From the NCBI GenBank assembly GCA_963725775.1, contig CAVRZT010000006.1, positions 14,734-78,733 of the forward strand: 64,000 nt of DNA. Direction: 5' to 3'. The translations under genes and the position numbers were made by a program. Below the pieces are notes generated by a model. That model saw only the letters and a list, made by a program, of their open reading frames with translations. It had not been told where the DNA came from and made no database searches. Each line of letters opens with the position of its first letter. Position 1 is the stretch's first letter. Shown here in pieces: positions 1 to 9,301 of this stretch. This DNA comes from an uncultured Actinomycetes bacterium (GTDB lineage Bacteria > Actinomycetota > Acidimicrobiia > IMCC26256 > DASPTH01).

Positions 1-1226
1 GCTCGGCCACTGGCCCGGCACGGCCCACGCGGCCGACCGGCTCCGCGGGAGCGGCTCCCTCGCGTCGTCGGCGCAGGGTCGTCCCTGGGACACACGGCTC
101 GGCGGCGCGACGCGGACCGAGGCAGGGCTCCGCACGGAGGCGCCCACGCTGGTCCTCCTCGACCCCGGGACGCCGACCGGCCTCGTGCGGCTGCGAGTCG
201 ACGGCGCGACGCCCCCGTGCCCCGCGCTCGGTGTGGCGGGCCGACCCCCGCGGCGACCACCTCCGGGTCGAGGTCGGGACGGGAGTGGCGCGGCTGGTAC
301 GCCGGCGGGGCGGGCGCGACGAGGAGGTGGCGCACGGCGAGCTTCCCGGCGGACCGAGCGTGATCGAGGTGACCGATGACGACGCGACGGTACGCGTGCG
401 CGCCGACGGGAGCGAGATCGTCGTGGCGTCGTCCGATCCGGGATCACCCGACGCGACCGCGGTCGGGCTCCTGCTCGCGGAGCCGGGAGAGTACGCGGCC
501 TACGACTTCGAGGCCCACCCGCGGGAGATCCCGATCCCGGTGGAGCTGCGCCTCGCGGCTGCGCCCTGGCGGGCGGGCGAGCACGTGCTGGTCGACGACG
601 ACTTCGCCGGCGAGCGCGCCGACCTCGATGGCCGGCCGGTCGTGACCGGGAGCTGGACCCGCCGCGTCGGCCACGGGCGCTTCGCGCTCGACGGCGAAGG
701 CCTCGTCGTCGCCGAGGCGCCCGACCGGACCGCCTACACGGTGCCCTGGCCCCACCCCGACTTCGCCGACGTGACCGCCCGCATCGTCCCGCGACGGATC
801 GGCAAGCACCGGTCGCGCGCCGGGGTGATCTTCCTCGAGGACACCGACAACTTCGTGATCGTGAACCTCTGGTTCAACGACCGTCCCGACGGCGCGGCCT
901 CGGTCTCGTCCTTCTTCCGCACCAACGGCCGCGAAGAGGTGTACGACGCGGTGTGGGTCAACGTCGGCGACCGCGTGCAGTGGGACCGCGCCGTCGACGT
1001 GCGCGCCGCGTTCGACGGTGACCGCTACCACGTGGCCCTCGACGGCGAGCCGGTGCTGTGGCGCGCCGTGCGCGACGTCTACCCGCGCGCGCGACCGCTC
1101 GCGGTGCGTGAGGTGGGCGTGGTGGCGAACTGGGAGTGGGGGCTCGACACGGGCAGCCGCGTGCTGCGCTTCACCGCCGCCACCGACCGCTCAGTCGGGC
1201 GTGGCGACGATGTGCAGCACGGTTGA
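1..1226 (+). CDS. hypothetical protein, 5' partial, with one frame break near 228-240
   Basis: Open from the window edge. The high-GC3 frame for 2-228 (..LVLLDPGTPTGLVRLRVDGATP..) switches to the frame of ORF 231..1226 with no stop. No family motif recognised. Its 3' end overlaps the next, convergent gene by 36 nt. Confidence 0.5.
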   Translation, partial: SATGPARPTRPTGSAGAAPSRRRRRVVPGTHGSAARRGPRQGSARRRPRWSSSTPGRRPASCGCESTARRPRAPRSVWRADPRGDHLRVEVGTGVARLVRRRGGRDEEVAHGELPGGPSVIEVTDDDATVRVRADGSEIVVASSDPGSPDATAVGLLLAEPGEYAAYDFEAHPREIPIPVELRLAAAPWRAGEHVLVDDDFAGERADLDGRPVVTGSWTRRVGHGRFALDGEGLVVAEAPDRTAYTVPWPHPDFADVTARIVPRRIGKHRSRAGVIFLEDTDNFVIVNLWFNDRPDGAASVSSFFRTNGREEVYDAVWVNVGDRVQWDRAVDVRAAFDGDRYHVALDGEPVLWRAVRDVYPRARPLAVREVGVVANWEWGLDTGSRVLRFTAATDRSVGRGDDVQHG

Positions 1227-1970
1227 CGGACTGCCGGCGTACGAGGGCGCGAGCGTGCGCACCGAGTAGCCGACGGCCTCGAGGCGGGTCCGGACCCGAT
1301 CGAGCTTGTCCGCCGCGGCCGCGGCGTCGCGGTCGTCGACCTCGCACAGCACGATGGGACGAGCATCGCGCAGGAGCCCCTCCATCCCGGTCAGGACCAG
1401 GGACTCGGCGCCCTCGACGTCGATCTTCACCAGATCGGGGCTCCGGACGCCCGACCGCGCCACGAAGCCGTCGAGCGACACCGCGGGCACCACGAGCGCG
1501 CCGGTGAAGTCGGGCGGGCGGTCGTCGGCCGACACCGTCGCCCCGCCCGGGTGCCGGGAACGCAGGAGCTCAACGGTGCCCTCGGCGTCGGTGACCGCCA
1601 CCGCGTGCACGTGGACGTTGCGCAGCCGGTTGCGCCGGGCGTTGACCGTCACCTCGTGCGCGCACTCCGGCAGCGCCTCGAACGCGTGCACCTCACCGCC
1701 GGGTCCGACGAGCCGGGCGGCGATCAGGCTGTAGAACCCGACGTTGCTGCCGACGTCGAAGACGACCTGCCCGGGTCGGAGCGCTTCGGCGAACGCCTCC
1801 TGCACCGGTGGCTCGTTCGTGCCCTCCGAGTAGTCGGCGCTCGCGTGGCGCCGACCGATCCGCAGCCCCTTGCCGACGCCGGCGCGGACCGTGCGCGGCC
1901 GCAGCTCGCGCGCTGCATCGCGCGCGGTGCGCGCCAGCGCCCGGGCGCGTGCTTCGAGCCCGCCGCTCAC
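1191..1970 (-). CDS. FkbM-family SAM-dependent methyltransferase
   Basis: C-terminal 260 aa of ORF 1191..2642. Motifs VFDVGSNVGFYS and LVKIDVEGAE. The GTG start at 1970 overlaps the upstream stop (GTGA). Confidence 0.85.
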   Translation of the reverse strand: MSGGLEARARALARTARDAARELRPRTVRAGVGKGLRIGRRHASADYSEGTNEPPVQEAFAEALRPGQVVFDVGSNVGFYSLIAARLVGPGGEVHAFEALPECAHEVTVNARRNRLRNVHVHAVAVTDAEGTVELLRSRHPGGATVSADDRPPDFTGALVVPAVSLDGFVARSGVRSPDLVKIDVEGAESLVLTGMEGLLRDARPIVLCEVDDRDAAAAADKLDRVRTRLEAVGYSVRTLAPSYAGSPSTVLHIVATPD

Positions 1971-3166
1971 AGCACCGAGACCGACGCGGCGACGCCGAGC
2001 GTCGCCAGCTCGGCGCGCACCTCGGCCTCGTAGGCCGCGTTGCTCACGATGACGCGCTCGAGTGGCGCCCGGCCGGGCAGGTCGCCGGGAGGGATGACCT
2101 CCTGCGCGGTGCCCGGCACCCGCGAGCCCCACTTGCGCGGGTTGACGTCGACCGCGACCCCCACCGCTCCCGGCGCCACCGCGTTCAGGAACATCACGCC
2201 CTTGGCGCCCGCGCCCCACAGCACCGTGCGTTCGGGTGACGCGGCGTCCAACGCCGCCTCCCAGCGCGCCACGTTGTCGCGGTGGCGGCGCCCCGCGCCC
2301 TCGGCGAGCGCGACGAACGCGCCGACAGCGGCGCGGTCCGGGTCGCTGGCGACGGCCTGCGTCGCCGGTGTCGCCTCGACCGAGAGGAACTGCCCGCCGA
2401 ATCGCTCGCGCAGGTCGGTCACCGCGAAGCCGGCCGCCTCGACCGTGCTCCGCAACGCGGGGGCGCTGAAGTACGAGCGGTGTTGGTAGATCACGTCCCA
2501 GAGTCCGGCGGCACCCAGGGTGAACCCGGCGTTGGGCACCTCGAGGTAGAGCACGCGCGCGCCCGACCGCTCCATGCCCCCGCGCACGGTCCGCAGGAAC
2601 TCGACCGGCGACTCGAGGTGCTCCAGCACGTGCCGCGCGCACACGAGATCCGCGGGACCGTCGGCGCTCTCGTCACCGTAGAACTCGGTGACGAACTCGA
2701 GGTCGAGGTCAGCGCCGGATGCCGCGACCTCCCCGTTGTACGACGGATCGAACCCGATGCCGCGCGCCGCGCCGGCCCGGCACAGCATCGCCAGGAACTC
2801 GCCCTTCCCACTGCCGATCTCGACGACCACACCACCATCGAGGTGGTGGTCGTCGATCAGGTGCCGAGCGAGGTCGGTGGCGTAGGCGTGGAACGAGGGC
2901 GAGAAGAACTGCGAGTTCTCGTAGTCGCCGTCGTACTCGACGAGGGCCGCCTCGAACGCCACGTTCCCGACGTACGAGCACCGCTCGCACACGGACAGTC
3001 GCATGTCACCGCGGGGCACGCTCCGGGCCTCGTCGGCATCCTGGAGGATCTGGGTGCACTGCACCGGCACGGCGTCGAGCGCCAGGATCGGCCGCAGCCC
3101 CCGGTGCCCGCACACCGGACAGACGCTCTCGGGCCTCGCCCCGGGCGTGCTCACCACCCCACCCAT
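1967..3166 (-). CDS. Zn-ribbon class I SAM methyltransferase, NDP-hexose C-methyltransferase-like
   Basis: Internal ATG 3166 of ORF 1967..3322. Has CPVCG..CERC Zn-ribbon, VVEIGSGKGEF SAM motif and a C-terminal LWGAGAKG domain. Paralog of 37924..39136. Confidence 0.8.
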   Translation of the reverse strand: MGGVVSTPGARPESVCPVCGHRGLRPILALDAVPVQCTQILQDADEARSVPRGDMRLSVCERCSYVGNVAFEAALVEYDGDYENSQFFSPSFHAYATDLARHLIDDHHLDGGVVVEIGSGKGEFLAMLCRAGAARGIGFDPSYNGEVAASGADLDLEFVTEFYGDESADGPADLVCARHVLEHLESPVEFLRTVRGGMERSGARVLYLEVPNAGFTLGAAGLWDVIYQHRSYFSAPALRSTVEAAGFAVTDLRERFGGQFLSVEATPATQAVASDPDRAAVGAFVALAEGAGRRHRDNVARWEAALDAASPERTVLWGAGAKGVMFLNAVAPGAVGVAVDVNPRKWGSRVPGTAQEVIPPGDLPGRAPLERVIVSNAAYEAEVRAELATLGVAASVSVL

Positions 3167-3414
3167 CCCCTCCGCCGACGTTCGACCGACCACGCAGAGT
3201 AGTCGTGATCGGGGACGGCCCGGGACCGGGCTCAGCCGACGGCCCCCCTTCGGCAGCGGGTCGTACCTGACGGGTTCGGGTTGCCATGACCGGTTCGGGT
3301 CGCTGCAGGGCGCTGATCCCACCCCGGATTTCCCCGTTCAGAACACCCTGGGGAAGCCGATAGGCTTGACAGGCCCCCCTGAAGGGCCCATCCCGCCGGC
3401 CAGACGGTGTGCGA

Positions 3415-3440
3415 CCGACGAACACCACCGACGAACACCA
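3415..3440. repeat. perfect tandem 13-mer (CCGACGAACACCA x2) in a divergent promoter region
   Basis: Read directly: 3415-3427 and 3428-3440 are identical. The repeat lies 43 nt upstream of ATG 3483. Confidence 0.85.
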
Positions 3441-3482
3441 GGGGCAGGCAGTGTCCTGCGCCCGCAGACGAAGGGGCTTGGA

Positions 3483-4433
3483 ATGCGAACGCTCGTGACC
3501 GGAGGCGCCGGTTTCATCGGCTCCAACCTGGTCGATCGCCTCGTGGCGGACGGCGCCGACGTCGTCGTCCTCGACGACCTCTCGACCGGATACGCGGAGT
3601 ACGTGAACCCGGCGGCCGAGCTGGTCGAGGGCGACGTGGCCGACCCCGAGGCCGTGGCGCGCGCCGTGGCGGGATGCGAGGTGGTGTTCCACCAGGCCGC
3701 CCACCGGGCGGTCTTCCGCAGCGTCGAGCACCCGCTGGCCACCGACCGCGCGAACACCGGGGGCACGCTCGCGGTGCTCGTCGGCAGCCGCGACGCCGGC
3801 GTCCGTCGGGTGGTGGCGGCGTCGTCCTCGTCGGTCTACGGCGGTTCCGAGATCCTCCCGACGCCGGAGACGGCGCCGTTGCTCCCCCGCTCGCCGTACG
3901 CGGTTTCGAAGGTCGCGGGTGAGCACTACTGCCGCGTGTTCTGGGAGCTCTTCGGGCTCGAGACCGTCTCCATGCGCTACTTCAACGTGTACGGGCCCCG
4001 CCAGCGGCCCGACAGCCAGTACGCGGCGGTGATCCCGCTCTTCATCGATGCGCTCCAGCAGGCCGAGCCGCCAGAAGTCCACGGCGACGGCCACCAGAGC
4101 CGTCACTTCGCCTACATCTCCGACGTGGTCGAGGCCAACCTGCGTGCCGCGTCCGCGCCCGCCGACCAGTGCGCGGGCGGCGCGTTCAACATCGCGGGTG
4201 GGAACACCTACGACCTGCTCCAGCTCCTCGGGATCCTCGAGGAGATCATCGGCACCTCGGTGCCGCCCCGCCACACCGACCCCCGCGCCGGCGACGTCCG
4301 CAACACGTTCGCCGACGTCTCCGCCGCGCGCGACGCCCTCGGATACGAGGCCGCGGTCTCGTTCGAAGAGGGGCTGCGCCACACCGTGGCGTGGTTCACG
4401 ACCGGCGATCGCGCCGAGGAGTCCGTCCGATGA
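3483..4433 (+). CDS. NAD-dependent epimerase/dehydratase (UDP-hexose 4-epimerase family)
   Basis: ATG 3483 inside ORF 3003..4433. Motifs VTGGAGFIGSNL and catalytic YAVSK. The stop overlaps the next start (ATGA at 4430). Confidence 0.9.
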   Translation: MRTLVTGGAGFIGSNLVDRLVADGADVVVLDDLSTGYAEYVNPAAELVEGDVADPEAVARAVAGCEVVFHQAAHRAVFRSVEHPLATDRANTGGTLAVLVGSRDAGVRRVVAASSSSVYGGSEILPTPETAPLLPRSPYAVSKVAGEHYCRVFWELFGLETVSMRYFNVYGPRQRPDSQYAAVIPLFIDALQQAEPPEVHGDGHQSRHFAYISDVVEANLRAASAPADQCAGGAFNIAGGNTYDLLQLLGILEEIIGTSVPPRHTDPRAGDVRNTFADVSAARDALGYEAAVSFEEGLRHTVAWFTTGDRAEESVR

Positions 4434-5752
4434 GCAACGAGCTCCTGACCAAGGCCCTGGCCGCCATCGACGAACGGACGGCCAAGATCGTCGTCGTCGG
4501 GCAGGGATACGTCGGGCTCCCCGTCGCGATGCGGGCGGCGGAGGTCGGCTTCCGCGTCGTGGGCTACGACACCTCGCCGGCGCGCATCGAGGCGCTCCAG
4601 AGCGGCACCTCCTACGTCGAGGACATCTCCGACGAGCAGCTCGAGTGGGCGCTGCGCCAACGGGTACTGGCCGACGCGCGACCCGCTCGACATCCGCGCC
4701 TTCGACGTCGCGGTGATCACGGTGCCCACGCCACTCGCGCGACGGCGCCCCCGACCTCTCGTACATCGAGGCCGCCGGCCGCGACGCTCGCCCGCCGACT
4801 CGAGCGCGGGCGCGACTCGTCATCCTCGAGTCGACGACGTATCCGGGCACCACCGAGGAGCTGCTGCGCCCGATGCTCGAGGAGTCCGGCCTCACGGGCG
4901 GCGTCGACTTCTTCCTCGGCTACTCCCCGGAGCGGATCGACCCGGGCAACCCGACCTGGAACGTTCGTGAACACGCCCAAGGTGGTGTCGGGCATCGACG
5001 CCGCGTCGCTTGCCGCGGTCGAGGCGTTCTACGGCGCGCTGGTCGACAAGGTCGTGCCGGTGGGCTCGCACCGCCGAGGCCGAGCTCGTGAAGCTGCTCG
5101 AGAACACGTTCCGCCACGTGAACATCGCGCTGGTGAACGAGCTCGCCATGTTCGCCGAGCGAGCTCGGCGTCGACATCTGGTCGGCGATCGAGGCGACGC
5201 GTCGACCAAGCCGTTCGGGTTCATGCGCTTCACGCCCGGTCCCGGCGTCGGCGGTCACTGCCTGCCGATCGACCCGTCGTACCTCGCCGTGGCGGGTGCA
5301 ACGGCGGCTCGGACAGAGCTTCCGCTTCGTCGAGCTCGCCAACGACGTCAACAGCCACATGCCGGACTACGTCGTGCACGCGGATCGATCGTCGCTGCTC
5401 AACCAGGCCGGCCGCTGCCGTGAACGGCAGCCGGATCCTGCTGCTCGGCCTCGCCTACAAGGCGGGGACCTCCGACTGGCGTGAGTCGCCGTCGATGCGG
5501 GTGGCCGAGCGGCTCGTCGCGCTCGGCGCCGACGTGCGCGGGCACGACGCGCACATCCCCCAGGCGGTCGACCTCGGCATCGACATCCCGCGGGTCGCGT
5601 GCGACGAGGACGAGCTCCGGGCGGCCGACCTCGTGATCCTGCTCGTCGACCACCCCGACCTGCCCTACGAGAGCATCTGCCGGGACGCGAGCCTGCTCCT
5701 CGACACCAAGGGCCGCCTGCGCAACGAGCAGTTCACCGGGGAGATGCTCTGA
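4430..5752 (+). pseudogene. nucleotide-sugar dehydrogenase (UDP-glucose/GDP-mannose dehydrogenase family), about 10 frame breaks
   Basis: Motifs VVVGQGYVGLPVA, ITVPTPL, YSPERIDPGN, GGHCLPIDPSY and LLGLAYKAGTSDWRESP are all present. They are spread over three frames (ORFs 4169.., 4713.., 4873.., 5010.., 5296..). Confidence 0.8.
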
Positions 5753-5764
5753 GCGCGACCGCGC

Positions 5765-6969
5765 TCAGCCGTACCGCAGGCGCGGGAGCCCGCCCGAGAC
5801 CCGCTCGAGCAACGCATCGGCGAGGAACTTCGCCGCCCAGTTGAGGTAGCGGAACGACCCGTAGCCGCCCCACAGCGGCGCGGAGCCGGGCACGCCACCG
5901 TGCACGCCCGGGCGCCCGTTCAGCGGTTGGGCGCGCTCGGCGCTCTCCAGGAGCCCGTCGCCCCAGGCCGCGAGCTCGGGGTCGGCGCTGACGGCGTGGA
6001 GCCGCGCGCTGCAGAGCGCGAGCTGCGCCGAGCCGGTCACACACGAGAAGCGGGCGGCCGGGGCCCACCCCGGCGTGAAGAGCGCGACCACGTCGTCCCC
6101 CCGACGCGCGGAGGCGTCCACCGCCCACGCGTCGCGGAGGCTCCGGCACGCGCGACGCGCCGTCTCGAAGGTCGAGTCCAGCCCGGGAAGCGTGAGGGCG
6201 GTCTCGAGCAGGCCCTCGATGGTGTAGGCGATCGTGTGCGTCAGCGCCGGCTTCCCCTGGTTGAAGCTCATGTGCTCGATCCAACCGTCGTCGTGCGCGC
6301 CGCGGCACACCCAGGAGACGGAGCGTCGGGCGGCGTCGGCGAAGGTGGGCTCGTCGAGGACCACCGCGGCGCGGGCGACGGCCCACGCGACCCGCGCGGT
6401 AGTACGCGGCGCGGCACACCGTGGAGCGACGACCGGATCCACGCGCCACTCGGGTCCTGCTCGCCCACGAGCCACGTGCAGGCGCGGCGCGCGCCGTCGG
6501 CGAAGCGCTCGTCGCCGGTGTGCTGGGCCAGGGCGACCAGCCCGAAGACGACCTGTCCCGTGTTGAACACCGACGGCCGGGAACCCGCGGCGCCGTCCTC
6601 ACCCACCAGACCCCCGGCCACGAAGCCGGACGCATCCTGGATCCCGAGCAGCCAGTCACCGATGGCGCGGGCGCGGGCGACGGCGCCGGGCCGGCCGGTC
6701 ACCGCGGCATGGTGCAGCAACGTGCCGATGATGTAGCCCGACGTCTCGGGATACGCGGGTTGCCAGCCGCGGGCGAGGTCGTAGCGGGCCGCCACGCCAC
6801 CGGGGACGGCGGCCTGCGCGTCGCGCGAGCCAGAGCATCGCCGCGTCGAGGTGCTCGACGTCCGCCCCCGCCTCCCCGCGCCGTTCGCGCACCAGCGCGC
6901 CGACCACGCGGGGCGGGCCAACGTGGCGGCACGCGCCATCTGCTCGCGACGGGCGGCGATCGAAGCCAT
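5765..6969 (-). pseudogene. alpha/alpha-toroid (prenyltransferase/terpene-cyclase-like) protein of unknown role, 3 frame breaks
   Basis: ORFs 5765..6475, 6268..7122 (from ATG 6969) and 6656..6907 join into one protein of about 400 aa. Segments such as YPETSGYIIGTLL, QDPSGAW and HDDGWIEH resemble this fold. The family call is from memory only. Confidence 0.45.
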
Positions 6970-8147
6970 ACGACGTTGCTCCTGCTCTCTCGTTCTCTCG
7001 GCCCGCTCAGCGCCCCGCGCGCGTGGTCGCGGCCCGCCGGAGTGCCGAGCACGCTCACCAGCTCCGCCGACAGCGAGGCGAGCCATCGCTCGCGACTCAT
7101 CTCGTCCGCGGCGAGGCGGCACGCGACCCGGGTCGCGGCGGGGTCGGCGGCGACCCGGGCCCGGAACCGGAGGATCTCCTCGGCCGTGGCCACCGGGTCA
7201 CCGAAGGGGTCGACGAGCACCCCGGCACCGGTCTGCCGGATGATGTCCGCGACGTCCCACCCGACGTCGGTGGTGACCACCGGTACGCCGCTGGCGACGT
7301 ACTCGCCGAACTTGGTCGGGAACGACGCCTCGTTCACCACGTCGGGGAGCCGCACGAGGAACGCGAGCTCGGAGCGGGCGAGCTCGGCCGCGACCGCGGC
7401 CGGCGTCTCGGCCGCGGTCATGGTCGCGTGGGAGTCCGGGATGCCGTGCAGCAGCGCGCGCGCCCGCTCGTCGCGTGACACCACGAGGAAGCGGAGGTCC
7501 GGATCGCGTCGGTGGAGCTCGCGCCAGATGGGCGCCAACACGTCCACGCCCTGCCACGGCGCGCCCGAGCCGACGTACGTCATGGTCGATCGCGCCGCGA
7601 CAGCGGGAGGACGGAAGATCTCGCGGTCGACCGACGTCGGCGCCTTGGCCCAGCGGCTGCCCGGCATCCGCCGCTCGACCAACCGTCCCATCGGCGCGGA
7701 GACGACCACGGTGAGGTCGGGGCGCGGCCCGATCCGCGCCGCCCACCACATCGCCGCCACCAGCGCCTTCGAGCGTGCCGACGAGTCGTAGAGCAGCCGC
7801 TCCTCGGGGATGCCGTTGACCGCCCACACCAGATGGGCCGGTCGGACCGCACGCGCGTACGCGAGCGAGGTGAAGCCGATGCCCATCACGTCGTCGTGCG
7901 CGGGCATCGTGCGGCGGAGCATCCGGACCACGGCGGGGAAGGCGCGCCAGCTGCCGTCGACCTCCTCCGACCGGGCGACGAACGGCCGCTCCGCCCGGAG
8001 CTTCGCCACCACCTCCCGGGACCCGTCGGCCCGGTACCCGGGATTCAGCCACACGAAGTCGACGGGGGTACGCGCCTCGGCCAGGGCGTCGAGCAGGAAC
8101 CGCACGCGCCGGCCCTGGAACGGCCCCCGGTACAGCACGGTGGTCAC
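6699..8147 (-). CDS. GT-B fold glycosyltransferase (GT4-like); 3' end uncertain
   Basis: GTG 8147 (GTGA overlap). C-terminal FPTKFGEYVASGVPVVTTDVG motif. The in-frame stop comes only at 6699, 270 nt inside the next gene. A TGA at about 7007 in another frame suggests an indel removed the real stop. Confidence 0.7.
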   Translation of the reverse strand: MTTVLYRGPFQGRRVRFLLDALAEARTPVDFVWLNPGYRADGSREVVAKLRAERPFVARSEEVDGSWRAFPAVVRMLRRTMPAHDDVMGIGFTSLAYARAVRPAHLVWAVNGIPEERLLYDSSARSKALVAAMWWAARIGPRPDLTVVVSAPMGRLVERRMPGSRWAKAPTSVDREIFRPPAVAARSTMTYVGSGAPWQGVDVLAPIWRELHRRDPDLRFLVVSRDERARALLHGIPDSHATMTAAETPAAVAAELARSELAFLVRLPDVVNEASFPTKFGEYVASGVPVVTTDVGWDVADIIRQTGAGVLVDPFGDPVATAEEILRFRARVAADPAATRVACRLAADEMSRERWLASLSAELVSVLGTPAGRDHARGALSGPRERESRSNVVWLRSPPVASRWRVPPRWPAPRGRRAGARTARGGGGGRRAPRRGDALARATRRPPSPVAWRPATTSPAAGNPRIPRRRATSSARCCTMPR

Positions 8148-9072
8148 TGGAACTGCTCCGACCGCCAGACCCGCCGCGCAACGGGTGGCACCGTCGCGAT
8201 CACGACCCGCAGCGCGTTCCGGCCCTTGCGCCGCGGATCGTGCGCGGTTCGGAACGCGCGGCCGAGGTACCGCCGCGCGTCGGGGTAGCGCTGCGCGCGC
8301 GCGGCCGCGACCCCGGCCACCGCCAGGTAGTCCGCAAGGGTGTCCGGTGACCGGGCGAGCTGCTCGCCGTGGTGCTCGACCAGGTACACGGCCGAGGCCA
8401 TGAGCCGCTCGGGCTGGTTGCGGGGGCGGTCCTCCGGCGCCGCCAGCACGAGCTGCACGAGCGGCGCGTCGATCACGCCGACCTTCCACCCCTCGGCCCG
8501 ACAGATCGGGAACACCCGGAGGGCGAACTCGGTCTGGTGGTTGGCGGTGAGTCCCTCGGTGAACCCGCCCGCGGCGAAGTACGCCTCGCGGGTGACCGCG
8601 AACGTGCCAGCGCGGATGAGTCCCTCGAAGCCCTCGAACGTGTCGCCGAGCGGATGGGGCTTGAACGGAGGGAGCGGTCGCCCGTCGGGGTCCACGCACT
8701 CCGCTGCCCAGCTGACGACGGTGTACCCGTTCGCGACCACCGCACGGGTGACGCTCGACAGCCACGCCGGGAGCAATCGGTCGTCGTCGTCGAGGAAGGC
8801 CAGGAAGTCGCCGGTCGCGCGCGCCGTGCCGGTGTTGCGCGCCGCCGACAGCCCGCCGTTCTCACGCTTCACGTACACCAGCCGTGGTTGTCGATCGCGG
8901 CGACCCGTTCCGCGGTGTCGTCGGTCGAGCCGTCGTCGACCACGACCAGCTCCAGGTCGCCGTCCTGCTGGTCGAGCACGCTGCGCATCGCGCCGACGAG
9001 CACGGGACCACGGTTGTAGGTGCAGATCACCACGCTGAAGCGCGGTCTGCTCTCGCCCCTGTCTGCGTCCAT
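8144..9072 (-). CDS. GT2-family glycosyltransferase (one frame break near 8885)
   Basis: ATG 9072. FSVVICTYNRG..VVVDDGSTDD sits in ORF 8869..9324 and continues as ENGGLSAARNTG..FLDDDD in ORF 8144..9217. One C appears to be missing in AACCAC. Confidence 0.8.
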
Positions 9073-9212
9073 CGAGTCCAAACTTCGCCTGCGTGCAGCC
9101 GTGGTGTCGCGCGCCGAAACCCGCCGGCAGTGCGCGGCCACAGTGTACGGATCGGCACCACGCGGGCCGTCCTGAAGGGGCACTGACGGTACTGGGGCTC
9201 CGTGGGGACCGG

Positions 9213-9218
9213 TACAAT
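9213..9218 (+). promoter_or_regulatory. candidate -10 box TACAAT upstream of 9302
   Basis: An AT-rich hexamer matching TANNNT in a GC-rich divergent intergenic region, 84 nt upstream of ATG 9302. No convincing -35 element. Confidence 0.25.
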
Positions 9219-9301
9219 GGTGTGTCTCATCCGCCACGGGCGATCGACGCCCGCGACGCCCCCGGCCGTGCCGGCGTCGGCGGCGCCGACGGAGACCTCG
9301 C

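Noticed and set aside
3366-3371. TTGACA hexamer as a -35 box for the epimerase operon.
   Set aside because: No acceptable TANNNT -10 lies at 16-19 nt spacing. A lone hexamer is not sufficient evidence.
3006-4895. Very long Arg/Pro/Gly/Ala-rich ORFs on the opposite strand or in off-frames. Examples: 3006..4895 -, 14357..15412 +, 15246..16784 +, 28645..29955 +, 43524..44642 +, 52039..53346 +.
   Set aside because: These are typical shadow ORFs of very GC-rich DNA. They have no motifs and low third-position GC, and each fully overlaps a gene with clear family signatures.
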